Assembly: GCF_001194135.2 (NCBI RefSeq) | Contig: NC_068985.1 | Span: 103,127,038 to 103,191,037 of the forward strand | Reading direction: 5' to 3' | DNA length: 64,000 nt | DNA from: Octopus bimaculoides | Taxonomy: Eukaryota | In this document: positions 38,520-50,660 of the stretch, piece by piece | How positions within the stretch are numbered: the first letter of the stretch is position 1 | Layout: every line of letters begins with the position of its first letter | Made by a program: the position numbers and the translations under genes | Notes under the pieces: generated by a model | The model's input: the letters and a program-made list of their open reading frames with translations, nothing else | The model's database searches: none | Told to the model about the DNA's origin: nothing

Positions 38520-39700
38520 TTGGTATTGGGTCTCTTAAATCACCTTTTGTAAATAGACCAGCAAATGGTGTTCTCAAGCGTTTGGCTGTGCATGAAGTAA
38601 AAAATCTCCAGCATAGTTACCATTAGTTGACTATTATCCTCTAGCAGCCTTAGTCTAAAAGATGCTACTCTATAAGAAAGGTAAACATGAGTGCCAACTA
38701 TTTGAAGATCAAAAATGCATGTGAAACCATAGATTTCATGAAGAAGTAGTCCAGTCAAGAAGCATTCTTGTTGAGTTGGATGCACAATTTATACACTTTC
38801 TTGAATATTGTTTAATTGCATATCTGGATAACCTTCATCAAACTCAGAGCCTCTTTTTTTAGGAATTCCTTTGTTTATTGTTTCATGCATAAAAGGATGG
38901 TAACTGATCATGCAGCAGTGTTTGAGCAAAAGAGTGTTTCTGGCAAAATTTGAAAATGCCATTAATGTAGTTTCCTTTGGAAGAAAGGATTAAATGACAA
39001 TTTCTACAGTAAAAGAGAGTATTTGTCCATTCTCTAAGTGAACAACCAGTTCTTAAACTGATAGATTTTGTTCATGAATAGGGTTGCCTAATTATTCTCC
39101 AAAATGTCTCATTGCTACCAATATACTGTGCTATCCGAAATTGTTTAACTCCATCTTTTGTTGAAGTGAACATTTCATTTTCAGAACTCTTGTTAAAATA
39201 TTTACAATTGTACCTGACAGAGTTTATGTATACACATATTTATGTGGTTATGTCTTAGCAATAGGTTACTATCCTTTGATGTCAAGTATTGGCTAAATTG
39301 GTTAAATTTTGATTCAAAGTCTCCATCATATGGTGCTTTCCTATTTTATGATAGATATCCATTGTCAACTATTAGGGTTTCTTTAATAACATTTTTTAGA
39401 TAATATTTATATATATCTTGTCTTTCATGTTAGGTGCCTTGGAGACCATAAACTCTTTGATTTGACTATTTCAAAAAATTATTTGTTGCTTGTGGTGTTT
39501 GAAGTTTCTGCTGACATAAAATAAATCTCAATAATGTGAATTTTGTTTAAAAACCAGATTAAAAGAATGTGTTCTTATTTGACATTCATTTGTGTAGATA
39601 TGACAAAGTTCTGGTAGAAATATGTGTGACTTCGTTATAAGATCCATTAATTTGGAAACCTTGTAATGAAAACTCTTGTAAATATGTTATATCTGTTAAT
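38520..39700 (-). mobile_element. Decayed Helitron Rep-helicase fragment
   Basis: Minus-strand peptides in Helitron order: MDLITKSHIF, FEIVKS, QYIGSNETFWRII, PIHEQNLSV*ELVVHLENGQ, LPKETTLMAF, and ORF 38540-38785 VHPTQQECF..LLLHEI.GFT..FDLQ...LLEDN; many stops and frameshifts. Confidence 0.85.
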
Positions 39701-39703
39701 GTA

Positions 39704-39894
39704 CGAGGGATGCTGAAAAGTTCCTGGCTTTGTGTAAAAGAAAATAGAGGAGGATGAGTTAAGTATGATTTTATTTAACGTATTCTCCCTATGAGATCCA
39801 CACATTTATTGCAATGATCCTTCAGTTTTTCTGAGCCCTGTAAAAGAACTCAGAAGATTGGGCCTCCAACCAGGCCTTTCACAATACTCTTAAA
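39704..39894 (+). mobile_element. Mariner-type terminal fragment
   Basis: TA then CGAGGGATGCTGAAAAGTTCCTGGC, typical of mariner TIRs; no second TIR or ORF. Confidence 0.65.
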
Positions 39895-40031
39895 GTTTTG
39901 GAAAAAGTACATATACAACAGATTTTGTTTTGTTTGGCATTGCAAGTAAGTCTCATTCCATAGGTTTTATCTACACAAAATTCTTGGTACTTTATTATAC
40001 AACAATTATCCTCCATATGCATCATATGCGT

Positions 40032-40497
40032 GGAGGCGCAATGGCCCAGTGGTTAGGGCAGCGGACTCACGGTCCTAGGATCGCGGTTTCGATTCCCAGA
40101 CCGGGCGTTGTGAGTGTTTATTGACCGAAAACACCTAAAGCTCCACGAGGCTCCGGCAGGGGATGGTGGCGAACCCTGCTGTATTCTTTCACCACAACTT
40201 TNNNNNNNNNNAAACACCTAAAGCTCCACGAGGCTCCGGCAGGGGATGGTGGCGAACCCTGCTGTATTCTTTCACCACAACTTTCTCTCACTCTTACTTC
40301 CTGTTTCTGTTGTGCTTGTAATTCAAAGGGTCAGCCTTGTCACACTGTGTCACGCTGAATATCCCAGAGAACTACGTTATGGGTGCACGTGACTGAGGAG
40401 TGCTCAGCCACTTGCACATTAATTTCATGAGCAGGCTGTTCCGTTGATCGGATCAACTGGAATCCTCGACGTTGTAAGCGACGGAGTGCCAACAACA
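40032..40497 (+). mobile_element. tRNA-derived SINE family 1 (possibly Nin/Deu-domain type), full length
   Basis: A box GGCCCAGTGG, B box GGTTTCGATTCC, (AAC)n tail; close homologues at 45578 and 61568; a 10-N gap with an artefactual duplication lies inside. Confidence 0.9.
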
Positions 40498-41564
40498 GCA
40501 TCATATGCCCATATCAGCCTTAATGTTACATTTGATACTCATTATATTCAGTTTTTCTATCAACAACTCACTACATTTTGTTGTACAAGATACACGAACA
40601 TTTTACATCCTCTGGAGCAAGCATATGTCATTTCTTTCCAATCATTGCAATCTTCAGATTTCAAAAGCATGTCTCACTACTATGTAATATTGCATTTTGT
40701 ACACATGCATCATGCAGTCTCATCTTTACTTTGAGATAGAAATCCTCTGTAGTCAGTGTAGCTAATAGGTTCCTAAATATTTTCCATCCTAACTTAGCCT
40801 ACTATACCTCCAGCACACCCACTTCTGCTGCTAATTAGGTCACCGAGGTAGTAAAAATTGTCAGCTATTTTTAGCGAACTTCTGTGGATTGGGGAGAATT
40901 AATATTTTTACTTTCATTACATACAATCATATAAATTACGTGTGTGTATGTGTGTGTGTGTATGTGTGTGCATATGTGTGTGCATGTAACATGTATGTAT
41001 AGTTAAAAGTGTTAGTTCAATGTTGAGCTAGTTCACTATCCTAATAGAAAACTCTAAGCATTTACTACTGATTGGACATATACAATTGATATAGATGCAG
41101 CATATAACCTGTTCCAGTCAGTTAAACAATATCTGCTTGAAATTGCCTAACTGACTGAAACAGATGATAATTTATACTATCGGTATTAATTAAATATATA
41201 CATGTGTGTGTGTGTGTATATCTCTATTTATACATATGTTTATGTGTGTGTATACATATCTGTATGTGTGTACATGTATATATTTTTGTAGGTATATAAA
41301 AAAATATATATGGGTATATATATAAATATATGTTGTTCATTGGTAATTGTTATCTCTCTAGGTCCTTTCTTTGAAGTAATGACTACATGTCTATGATTAT
41401 TTAATATTATGTATTAACTGGCTTTCCATATGATATCCTGGTAATTTACTCAATAAATATTTTCTTCTTGGAAACCCTTGGTTAACTGCTGTGCTGTGTC
41501 CATCTGTGTGCAATAGGACAACTGGGTTTTTTTTTTCCAGATCGTTACCAATGTCGCCTCCCTG

Positions 41565-41895
41565 GCACATGAAAAGACATTCAAGCGAGAGCATTGCCAG
41601 TGCCGATGAACTGGCTCCTGTGCAGGTGGCATGTAAAATGCACCATTTCGAGCGTGGCCATTGCCAGTACCGACTGACTGGCCCTCGTGCCGGTGGCACG
41701 TAAAAGCACCCACTACACTCTCAGAGTGGTTGGCATTAGGAAGGGCATCCAGCTGTAGAAACTCTGCCAAATCAGATTGGAGCCTGGTGTCGCCTCCTGG
41801 TCCACCAGTCCTCAGTCAAATCGTCCAACCCATGCTAGTATGGAAAGCGAATGTTAAACTACGACGATGATGATGATGATGATGATGATGATGAA
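41565..41895 (+). mobile_element. Family-4 retroposon with (GAT)n tail
   Basis: Longest plus-strand copy. Confidence 0.88.
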
Positions 41896-42215
41896 ACTAC
41901 ACCATTTTCTTGAATCTTGTTATTGTGTTAGCTTATTTGTATCAGATGTTCAGAATAGGGTATGTTGGTTGAGAACTTCAGAGCCAGAAAGGAAAGAAGT
42001 AGAAGCAAGTTAGTGACTGTTCAGAACATAGCTGTCATTGAAAGTAGATTGAAGTAACACAAAATCTTGGAAGATACACGGAAAATAGAGAAACAAAAAA
42101 GAAAGCCTGAAAGTGATTTAACATTCTAAAGAGATAATAGTGTAATGTGAAAATATTCATTTTATACATTATATATATGTATCCATGTCTGTCTGTATAT
42201 ATGTCAGTCTATATA

Positions 42216-42296
<81 letters not shown>

Positions 42297-42979
42297 TAGA
42301 ATAATATTTAAGAACTAGGTCTCTTGCACTTTTAGTTTCTTCAAAATAAATGTTATAGCTACTTTGATCAAAGCAGTTACAAAGCAATGCTAAATAAAGC
42401 AACTATAAAATTCATTAACCTATTCCCAGTTGAGTCAGAATTAATGTTACTAATCTCATAGTAAGTGAGAATGTCAATGTCTAGTGACCCTCAGTGACCT
42501 ACATAGTGTCTCTTTTATTAGCTCCCATGACCTAACTTAGGTAATAAAAAAATTAACTTAAGATGTTTGTTGACATGTACTATATAAATTATTTTGGGCA
42601 TTCTACAGCCCTGCCTCCAGCATTCTTAAGCAATATCTTGTTATTAAAGAAACTTATAATTTAGAATGCTTAACTGAACAACAATTTCACCCACAAGAGA
42701 AGAGTTTACATGGTTGATGAGTAAGAATGAGTTAGCCAGGGTTATTTTTAACTGCATTTCAATTTATTAGCTGAATTTGTGTTAAGAGTCTTCCTAGTTA
42801 GCTGTTGATATCTAAATTAACATTGGCTGAAGAGAAATTTAAAAAAAGCTATATATATAGATATATATATATATAATATACAGATATAGGGCAGGGAATC
42901 GTCAATTAGTAATAAAATTAATAATTAACAATTTTGCCAAGTAGTTCAGTATGAAAAAACCTTTATCGGTAAAACCATT

Positions 42980-43260
42980 TATAATCATAAATATACAGGG
43001 ATTAGCTTGAGTTGCTTCTCCAACATACTGAAAATTTAGAAATAGCAGTCAAAGAACTACGGATTCCAAACTACAAATTTTTTCTCTAACGGATGGCGAT
43101 ATTTATGGCACACACAGAACAAAAAACAGGAGAGAAAAGCAAAAACAAACCTGTCTTTAGAGAAAAAATTTGTAGTTTGGAATCAGTAGTTCTTTGACTG
43201 CTATTTCTAAATTTTCAGTATGTTGGAGAAGCAACTCAAGGTAATCTCTGTATATTTATG

Positions 43261-43266
<6 letters not shown>
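42980..43266. repeat. 110-bp inverted repeat with a 67-bp spacer (probable MITE core)
   Basis: 42980-43089 is the reverse complement of 43157-43266 with 3 mismatches; the right arm ends at (TA)n. Confidence 0.95.
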
Positions 43267-43301
<35 letters not shown>

Positions 43302-43334
43302 CACATACATATATATACATATATATACATATAC

Positions 43335-43496
43335 ATACATCATCATCATCATCATCATCGTTTAACGTCCGCTTTCCATGCTAGCATGGGTTCGACGATT
43401 TGACTGAGGACTGGTGAAACCGGATGGCAACACCAGGCTCCAGTCTGATTTGGCAGAGTTTCTACAGCTGGATGCCCTTCCTAACGCCAACCACAA
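43335..43496 (-). mobile_element. Family-4 retroposon, 3' fragment
   Basis: Reverse match to 41720-41895. Confidence 0.88.
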
Positions 43497-43917
43497 CTAC
43501 TGTAATAAACACATTTTTACCGAATGTGAGGAAATGTAGCCTTCAAAGGGCTGAGGAATTTTTGCTTTATCTATCATAAAATAAAATCTGGTTTTCAGTG
43601 CATGATGCATGTACACATACACAGATTAATGATTCCACCAAATTTACTGGCCTGCATCTGTAAATGTTCGCTTTCCAAATACTGACTATCTCATTGCTCA
43701 TAAATTGAACTACTGACCTTAAATTGTACAATAAATAAATTGTAATTGGATTATTTTTTAACTGCCTCCACCTATACTCACTCCCAGCCCACATTGCTCA
43801 AATTGACTATGTGCATGGATGCATACATATGCACGTATATTTGTTGAGATACAAATAAATGTGCATGAATGTAACCTTTATATACACACATCACAAATAT
43901 ATACAGATGTGAGAATG

Positions 43918-43960
<43 letters not shown>

Positions 43961-45577
43961 ACAAAGATAAATATATGTATGCATGGAATGAATGACCAGG
44001 ATAGTTGCTTGGAATGAAAATAAGTCGTAGAGAAACGGCTAGGGTTAATGATAAGGTTAATAATGGTGGGAAGAGGTTGCCGAGGAAAGGATCTGTGCAT
44101 TAATGGTTTGGAATAGATTTTCAGTTGTGATAGAAGTTAATCCACCGGCTAACAACAACACTGTTCACGCTGATAAAGTTTTAATTTTTTCTGGCTCTAC
44201 TTTCCAAGTGACTATGAATGCTTTCTGTTGCATTCTTTGAAAAAAACACTCACTGTCAATGTTGAGTGTTAACTCGTTTGCTCTGTTGTCAAATGGAATG
44301 AAGTTTGAGTATCTTTGTCATAGAATATACTTTTTGTGTAGTTATTTTGCAAGAAATTCAGGTAATTTCTCTGAACCTAATAACATGACCTAGTGTCAAC
44401 TCCTTGCTACTTAATGTCCCAGAAAAGGCAAAAATAATACTCAGTCTCCCTCTTTTGTTTATTCTCCATAAATATGAGAACTCTGGTCAAAAGAGGTCAA
44501 CATATTTTTTTTGCGTCACAGAACCATGATTTTACATGTTTTGTCATGAGATTATGTGATGTTCATGTCTGTACCAAGAGTATTAGCTGAAATGAACTGG
44601 AAATTTTCTTGCCTTTTTTTCTTTTCTCAGTTATATAACGTGCACTATGTTATATAGTAAGAAAAATAAATCAATATTAACTGTCAGACAATAAATAATA
44701 CTTTGGATTTATCTAGTAGACCTCACTGATATTCTTGACGTAGTTTTCTCTTTCTAAAATCTAATTTTCTCTTTTTAATGTTTATTGTTTGTCTGGTTTT
44801 GTTGATTTTTGGTACCAATCTAAGTATCTGGACCTTATATTATGGACTGTCAAATATAACACGACACTGTTTATATGGGAAGTAAGAAAAATCATAATGT
44901 ATTGGAATTCCATCATCTTTATGTGAGGGAGAAGGTTGGTTACTTATCAAAATCCTGCTTAGGTATTTGAAAGCAATTCAGAGTGTTATGAATCGGCCTT
45001 GAAATGTATTTTTTCTTTTTTCATTTTGATGTCCCGGAGTGAATCAATCTTAGAGTGGTGCTTTGTAACCAGAAACTTCTCTTTTATTGTCTGATAAGAG
45101 TAGAGTAATTTGACATTTGAAACCATCGCCATTTTTATATGGTAATCTCACACGCCATTTTCTAACTGTTCCCCACCTGTATTCTTATGTATTCACATAC
45201 ACACACACACTCTCTTCCATCTTCCTTTTCATTCTCTTCTAAGGATCCTCTTTCATCTCGAGAATTTTCTTTCTCGTCTGTTTCTCTCCAAAGCTATTCA
45301 GGGATTTTAGTTCAAAACCAATAATAATGTATCATGTTTACTTGGCAAGGTAATGGCGAAGAAAAGACAACAGGAAAAGCAAGCCAAGTAGTAAATGTAA
45401 AACAGAAATATGCGACATTATCAGAGTTATACGAGAAGATAGACAAACCAATTTTTATTAATTCAGGGTTAAAAAAATACTAGCATCAGCATTTTGTGCA
45501 TGTAGTGACCTATAATACATCAATTAAAATGTTAAATGCTGGTTTGCCTTGCTGATATATGTGGTCTGGTGTGTGTA

Positions 45578-45952
45578 TTGTTGGCACTCCGTCTCTTACA
45601 ACGTCGAGAGTTCCAGTTGATCCGATCAATGGAACAGCCTGCTTGTGAAATTAACGTGCAAGTGGCTGAGCACTCCACAGATACGTGTACCCTTAACGTA
45701 GTTCTCGGGGATATTCAGCATGGCTCAGTGTGAGAAGGCTGACCCTTTGAATTACAGAGACAACAGAAAGTAAGAGTGAGAGAAAGTTGTGGTGAAAGAG
45801 TACAGCAGGGTTCGCCACCATCCCCTGCCGGAGCCTTGTGGAGCTTTAGGTGTCTTCGCTCAATAAACACTCACAACGCCCTGTCTGGGAATCGAAACCG
45901 CGATCCTATGACCGCGAGTCCGCTGCCCTAACCACTGGGCCATTGCGCTTCC
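45578..45952 (-). mobile_element. tRNA-derived SINE family 1, full length
   Basis: Reverse-complement match to 40032-40497. Confidence 0.92.
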
Positions 45953-48484
45953 ACTGATGTGTGTATACACTCATGTATATACACCTTTTTATGTGTGAAA
46001 ATACACTCACACACACACACGTACACATATATAAACAGGAGTATAAGTGGAGTAGCAATGTGTCTGAGCACCCAGGCTAATGTTACTTTGGGCATTCCCT
46101 CCTCTTGGTTACCAGACAAAATAGGTCCCTCACACCTGCTCCTGAGACTGACTGGTCCATTTGCTCCTTCTTGTTTCATGTATGTGCTGAATAATAGAGC
46201 GTTAGTCATTTTGTTATTCAATTATAAGATTTTTCTCAGTCAAGTTTAATTCTTAACTTTAAATCAGACCAAGTGGAATTGAAAATTTATGATAATCACA
46301 CTTCACGTTTAAGAGTGTATTTATCTTAAGCATGGAATTTAAATCGATTTCATGAATATCGTTCTATAAGAACGCGTGAACGCACTACAGTTCTCATAGT
46401 TTATGTATTGGTTTAATAGTTTATTATATAGGTTCAAGCAACACCTTATATTTTATCATTGTAAGCAAATGAGGGATCAGCGAGTTCCATCCACAGTTGT
46501 CGCTCGACTTGCTAGGAAAAACAGCTAAATTGCTTAAGCTTAAATTTTATTTGATAGTGTAGCCCTAGATACATTCACTATGTTTCAGTAAAAAGTGGGA
46601 TGGTCTTAGCAAGAATACATTTGATCAAAAATATGCTTAAGTTCTAAAAATGGCAATCCTTCCATATTGGTAGACATCATCACCCACATAATCAACCTTT
46701 ATGACATGGATAAAGTGGTTAGCCTAAAAAAGAGGTTGAATAACACCGTCTTCTCATACCGACACTATTTATACTAATAAAGAAGGATCGCTATGAAAAC
46801 ATCCTTACATGAAATTATAAAGACCCTAAAATTCAATTAGGGACAAAAGAATTTTTTTTTCCAGGTGTTGGTTAATCTAGTTGAGGATTTCCCTGTCGCC
46901 ACCATGACTTAAATATTATTAGTTTCTTTTTGTTTCTATTTGATATTTCTTTTGTCACTTCATCGCATCTCTACTATTTATTTCTCTCGTGATTTTATTA
47001 TTTCCACTTTCGACTGTCTCCTCTTTAGCCAAAGAATCAACCTTTAATGGCCATTCGACCTTGCTACAAAATACGCTTTCGCATCCATGCAAATAGCTTT
47101 TTATTTCATGTTTTATTTTATTTACCTGAAAAATTATATTATTTTGTTTCAGTGAAAAAAAAAAAACCTTCAAAAGCATTCCTGTTCAAAACTTTCATTT
47201 AAATTCCAGGCAGTATTTACACTCTCTTAAATATGGAAAAGAGTAAGATTTATAGTGGAGCTTTTGAAAGAATATCACTACCTTATAGAGGAAGGAAAAG
47301 GGTACAGAATTGGATGCTTTTCGCTGTTCTTCTTGTATTCCTTTGTTTCATACAACAGGAATTTGATTCTGGAAAAATTTTTTATTCAATTTTTTTTTTT
47401 TTTTTTTTTACATTGTCGCCTACCCCTTCCAATTCTGCACCCTTTTGCATCCTCATGAAATAGTAGTGATAGCTATTCCAAAACTCTGACAAGAATTTAT
47501 TATACAGTGTAATAGTAGTACACATTATATCTGAATTAAAATATAAATTTTGTTATCCTAAATCATTGATCTGCTGTTGGATCAGAGCTGCCATGGGCTA
47601 AAAATAAATGAATAAATAAATAATACCCCCTCTCTCACTAGTCTTAGCTTCGTTTTTTTTCACTCTCTAACCCGATCTTCAACGATTTAGCAGACGATCG
47701 ATTTGAAGCCGGCGAAGCTTAATGAACAGTGTGTGAAGAAAGCAAACTTAATGAATGTTACTAGTTTACTGACATTGTCTTTTAAATTAAAGAATATATT
47801 TGACTGAATATTCTGTAACTAGCTTCAGCAGATCAAAAAAAATGTAATGAGTTCGATTTCAAATCAAAAGCGTACATGCTATTTACGTTTAAAACAATTT
47901 CACTGAGTCTTGCTTCTTTCTCATTTCATATTCACAAAATGTTACTTCAGTCTCTTTATCCTTTTTGTCATGTAATTAATAGTCGATTGTTTGACATTTT
48001 CGTAAACATGTTGTTGTTTAGTCACAGTTCGGACCTGATTGAACTGATATACGATCAAAGACATCCTATTCATGACCATCTTGTATGTTTTTTTTTTACT
48101 CTTCAGAATGTATTCCGGAGTACATTATCCAATGTGGTCATCTTTTTAAGACGATGGATGTGATTTGATTGCTATTTTTAGCAGGTCTAGTGTCCTCATA
48201 GATGAATTTCTCGTAAACGTCAATAGTAGATGAGTTTAATTGATTTCAGACTATAAAAGAATGTGAAGGAATGGAGTTTAGCGATATTTATGCTTTACCA
48301 ATGTTAATCTTAAAAGCAGTTGTTGCTTGTAGTTAAAGATCCTTATAAACTCCTTTTAACCATTCATTACACTGTATTTAACATATGACAATTTTTATTT
48401 TTATTCTGATAATATAAAAGAAAGTAATAATATGTGTATGATGTATTTATTTGAATTTAATTGTATTGAGAAGGTGAAATAATT

Positions 48485-48612
48485 TGCGAGAGAGCGAGAG
48501 ACAGACGCTGTTCGATGCCCAACGCCATTTTGCCTCATCTTTTAGAAATATTGGTTGACTATTTTTTCTCTGGATAATTCATGAAGGAGAAAAAAAAAAG
48601 CGTAAGGTATGT
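48485..48612 (+). promoter_or_regulatory. Candidate TSS / first exon with YY1-type motif and donor
   Basis: CpG-rich GAGA tract, CGCCATTTTG at 48523-48532, donor AAG/GTATGT at 48607. Confidence 0.4.
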
Positions 48613-48629
48613 CTTTAATAAGTTCTTAA

Positions 48630-48810
48630 TGGGGACGATCTTACGGTACGAGTCCTAAATATTGGCCTTTTTTGTAAAAAGTGTCTTCGGCGATCTTTAC
48701 CAAAGATCGGCCTTTTCCGTAACACCCGCACGATCTTCACTACGGTGTTAGGGTTAGGGTTTTAAGAGTCAGGGTTAGGGTTACGGTTAGGGATGGAATT
48801 CCCTAACCCA
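48630..48810. mobile_element. Truncated second TTAGGG-bearing repeat element abutting MITE copy C
   Basis: CpG-rich, repeated CGATCTT motifs, then degenerate TTAGGG repeats and a terminal CCCTAACCC; no similarity to the arms of A-C; no matching second end seen. Confidence 0.45.
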
Positions 48811-48822
48811 AAATAATGCATG

Positions 48823-49489
48823 GGATCTATTTCAAAACGGGGGGCACCAGTATTTTCTTAACGAAACACTAACGAAACACTTTGAAACTTGGGACACTGG
48901 TAGAATGTGTCATATAAAACATCTTTTACTCTTAGTCTTCTTAACAAAAAAACGTACATCGCAAGTTATTCCATGTTAAAGTTGTCGTATTTCTGTAATT
49001 TCAACCAATCACTGACGTCTATTCAGCTGAATAGAGTTACTGCTGGGCGGTCATAAAAATGTTATTCCCTGTGACATATTTCATCCTGTTTAATCGTAAT
49101 TTATACGCATATATTGTTTATATAATNNNNNNNNNNTGTGCGTATCTATGTGTGTAATAATTTTAGAGTTAGGGTTAGTTTTAGGGTTAGGGTTAGGGTT
49201 AACAGTCTAGTTAGGGTTAGGGTTAACAGTCTAGTTAGGGTTAGGGTTAGGGGATTAATACGATATACACTGTTACAGCGCTAACTGTTTTCAACTGAAT
49301 AGACGTCAGTGATTAGTAGAAATTATCGAAATAAGACAATTTTTTACATGAAATAAATTCGAATACAAAATTTTTTTTTTGTTCTATAACACAAAATAGA
49401 TAAGTATACGAAGTTTGAAAGTCTTTCAGTACCAAAAGCACTACATAAAACATAAATGAAAACTGGTGCCCCCGTTTTGAAATAGATCC
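48823..49489. mobile_element. Merlin-like MITE, copy C, internal TTAGGG repeats
   Basis: TIR GGATCTATTTCAAAACGGGGG(G)CACCAGT; perfect 8-bp TSD AATGCATG (48815-48822 and 49490-49497); TTAGGG arrays at about 49163-49253; 10-N gap inside. Confidence 0.92.
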
Positions 49490-50564
49490 AATGCATGAAT
49501 GGTTTTCTAATATTTTATTTAAATTAAATAAAATTTATTGCATTCAATCTTTTTGACGTAACTTCACTATTTTTACAGTTAAAAAATTAACTCAAATTAG
49601 CAAATAACAGGCTTGTCAATCTCGTATTACGCAAGAATTTTCATCATTCACCATACTATCATGCATTTTGCAGAAAATTCCTGCATTTTAGAAAATCCGA
49701 ATTTACGACATTTATTATCCACAGATTTTAAAGTGTAATTTTAGGCTTAGAAAACCCATACTAATGCTTGAACATCTTGAAAAAGTAATATTCAGTTTTG
49801 TTATACACAACCATGATTTTGAAGATTAGCGAGAAAAATGTGTTTTATGTTTATGTATGTTTATTTAAATATTAAACAAGCTAACAGAACTTCAACATCC
49901 CAAACACAAGTAAACAAACTGTTTAATTTTTGCATTTTCCCATCTTCAAACAAATCTTGTAACTTATCTCTAGTCCAAATTGATGTCTTTTGGTTTGTTT
50001 TAGTTTGTGTTACCTTATCTACCTTCCAATTGTTTGTATCATTGTTTTATATTTTGTCTTTAATCAACCAACTCTTAGTTGAATCTGTTGTGCAGATTAC
50101 CCTGCCATCTTTTTTCGGTTGGGAATTGCAGGCAGTTTTCTTCTGTCTGGTGTTTATGGCAAAAGTTGTTATATAGTGAGCATGACTGATGATTGACACT
50201 TTTATCTTCAGGCAAGCCATATCATCATCTTCAAGTTTGTCTTGAAGAGGAAAGTGAAAGTGAAAGTAAATTTGTTAAAAGGTGGTTGAGAATGACAAGC
50301 ATGTCCTGAGTGAACAGCTCTGTTATAATATGCCTGTGACTGGAAAATCACTGCTTGGAGAAGGTATTTGCTGTTCACAATAAGGGTAATCTGATATCTA
50401 GGTTTCCTTAATTGGTCCAAAATAGTTAACCCCTTTTGAGATGGATTGTTTTATTTCTTTTGCATTTATACTGTTTATGCCTATGTTTTCTCATACTTGA
50501 TTATATAAAACCCCACCATCTTGTAATGTCTCTACATTTTTCTCCTTTGTGGCAAAATATTATT

Positions 50565-50587
50565 GTTATTATTATTATTATTATTAT

Positions 50588-50622
<35 letters not shown>

Positions 50623-50623
50623 C

Positions 50624-50658
<35 letters not shown>

Positions 50659-50660
50659 AC
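50565..50660. repeat. (TAT)n-(TAG)n microsatellite; (TAT)n also at 11693-11746
   Basis: Direct reading. Confidence 0.97.

Noticed and set aside
40032-40110. tRNA-like sequences (also 45880-45952, 61568-61630 and about 15375)
   Set aside because: A/B boxes run directly into SINE bodies; no complete cloverleaf, so these are not tRNA genes
40131-40280. 70-bp tandem duplication inside a SINE
   Set aside because: The copies flank a 10-N gap exactly; this is an unmerged contig overlap
46785-46815. KKDRYENIL resembling the PTP KNRY motif
   Set aside because: Immediate stop and no further phosphatase motifs
47233-47463. ORF resembling a type II membrane protein N-terminus
   Set aside because: No usable donor, runs into poly-T, and no recognisable motif
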